Source of the DNA: Bugula neritina
Lineage: Eukaryota; Animalia; Bryozoa
Reading direction: 5' to 3'
NCBI GenBank assembly: GCA_964035545.1
Contig: OZ037772.1
Location: forward strand, 13,080,818-13,144,817
DNA length: 64,000 nucleotides
Shown here: positions 63,942-64,000 of the stretch, piece by piece
Position numbering within the stretch: position 1 is the stretch's first letter
Layout of the letters: each line of letters starts with the position of its first letter
The notes under the pieces: generated by a model
Seen by the model: the letters and a program-made list of their open reading frames with translations, nothing else
Told to the model about the DNA's origin: nothing
Databases searched by the model: none
Translations under genes and position numbers: made by a program

Positions 63942-64000
63942 GTACTTATACAAATATTATATTGAAATCTTTATATTTTATTATAGTTTTATACTTATAT

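Overview
Intron-rich, AT-rich eukaryotic DNA that looks like an invertebrate animal; the species cannot be determined from the sequence. Exon structures were reconstructed by hand from GT-AG sites and phase continuity. Genes: (1) the 3' part of an atlastin/GBP-family large GTPase (+) that ends in a coiled coil and a splice-created CaaX box; (2) three paralogous secreted CAP/SCP-EGF-ShKT genes, CAP1 and CAP2 on - and CAP3 on +; (3) a single-pass membrane protein (-) with a tyrosine-motif tail; (4) a complete 13-exon NDOR1 (+); (5) the 5' part of a multicystatin polyprotein (+) with KR-separated domains. A full-length, intact RTE-clade LINE with a 9-bp target-site duplication sits antisense in CAP3 intron 1. 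Its first nucleotide is the predicted cleavage site of a complete HDV-like ribozyme fold. Many introns carry their own minisatellite, often built from a copy of the adjacent splice site, and one holds a 10.7-kb 51-bp satellite. Most long ORFs in the supplied track are artefacts of these repeats. Several genes appear to switch membrane anchoring through tiny splicing events.
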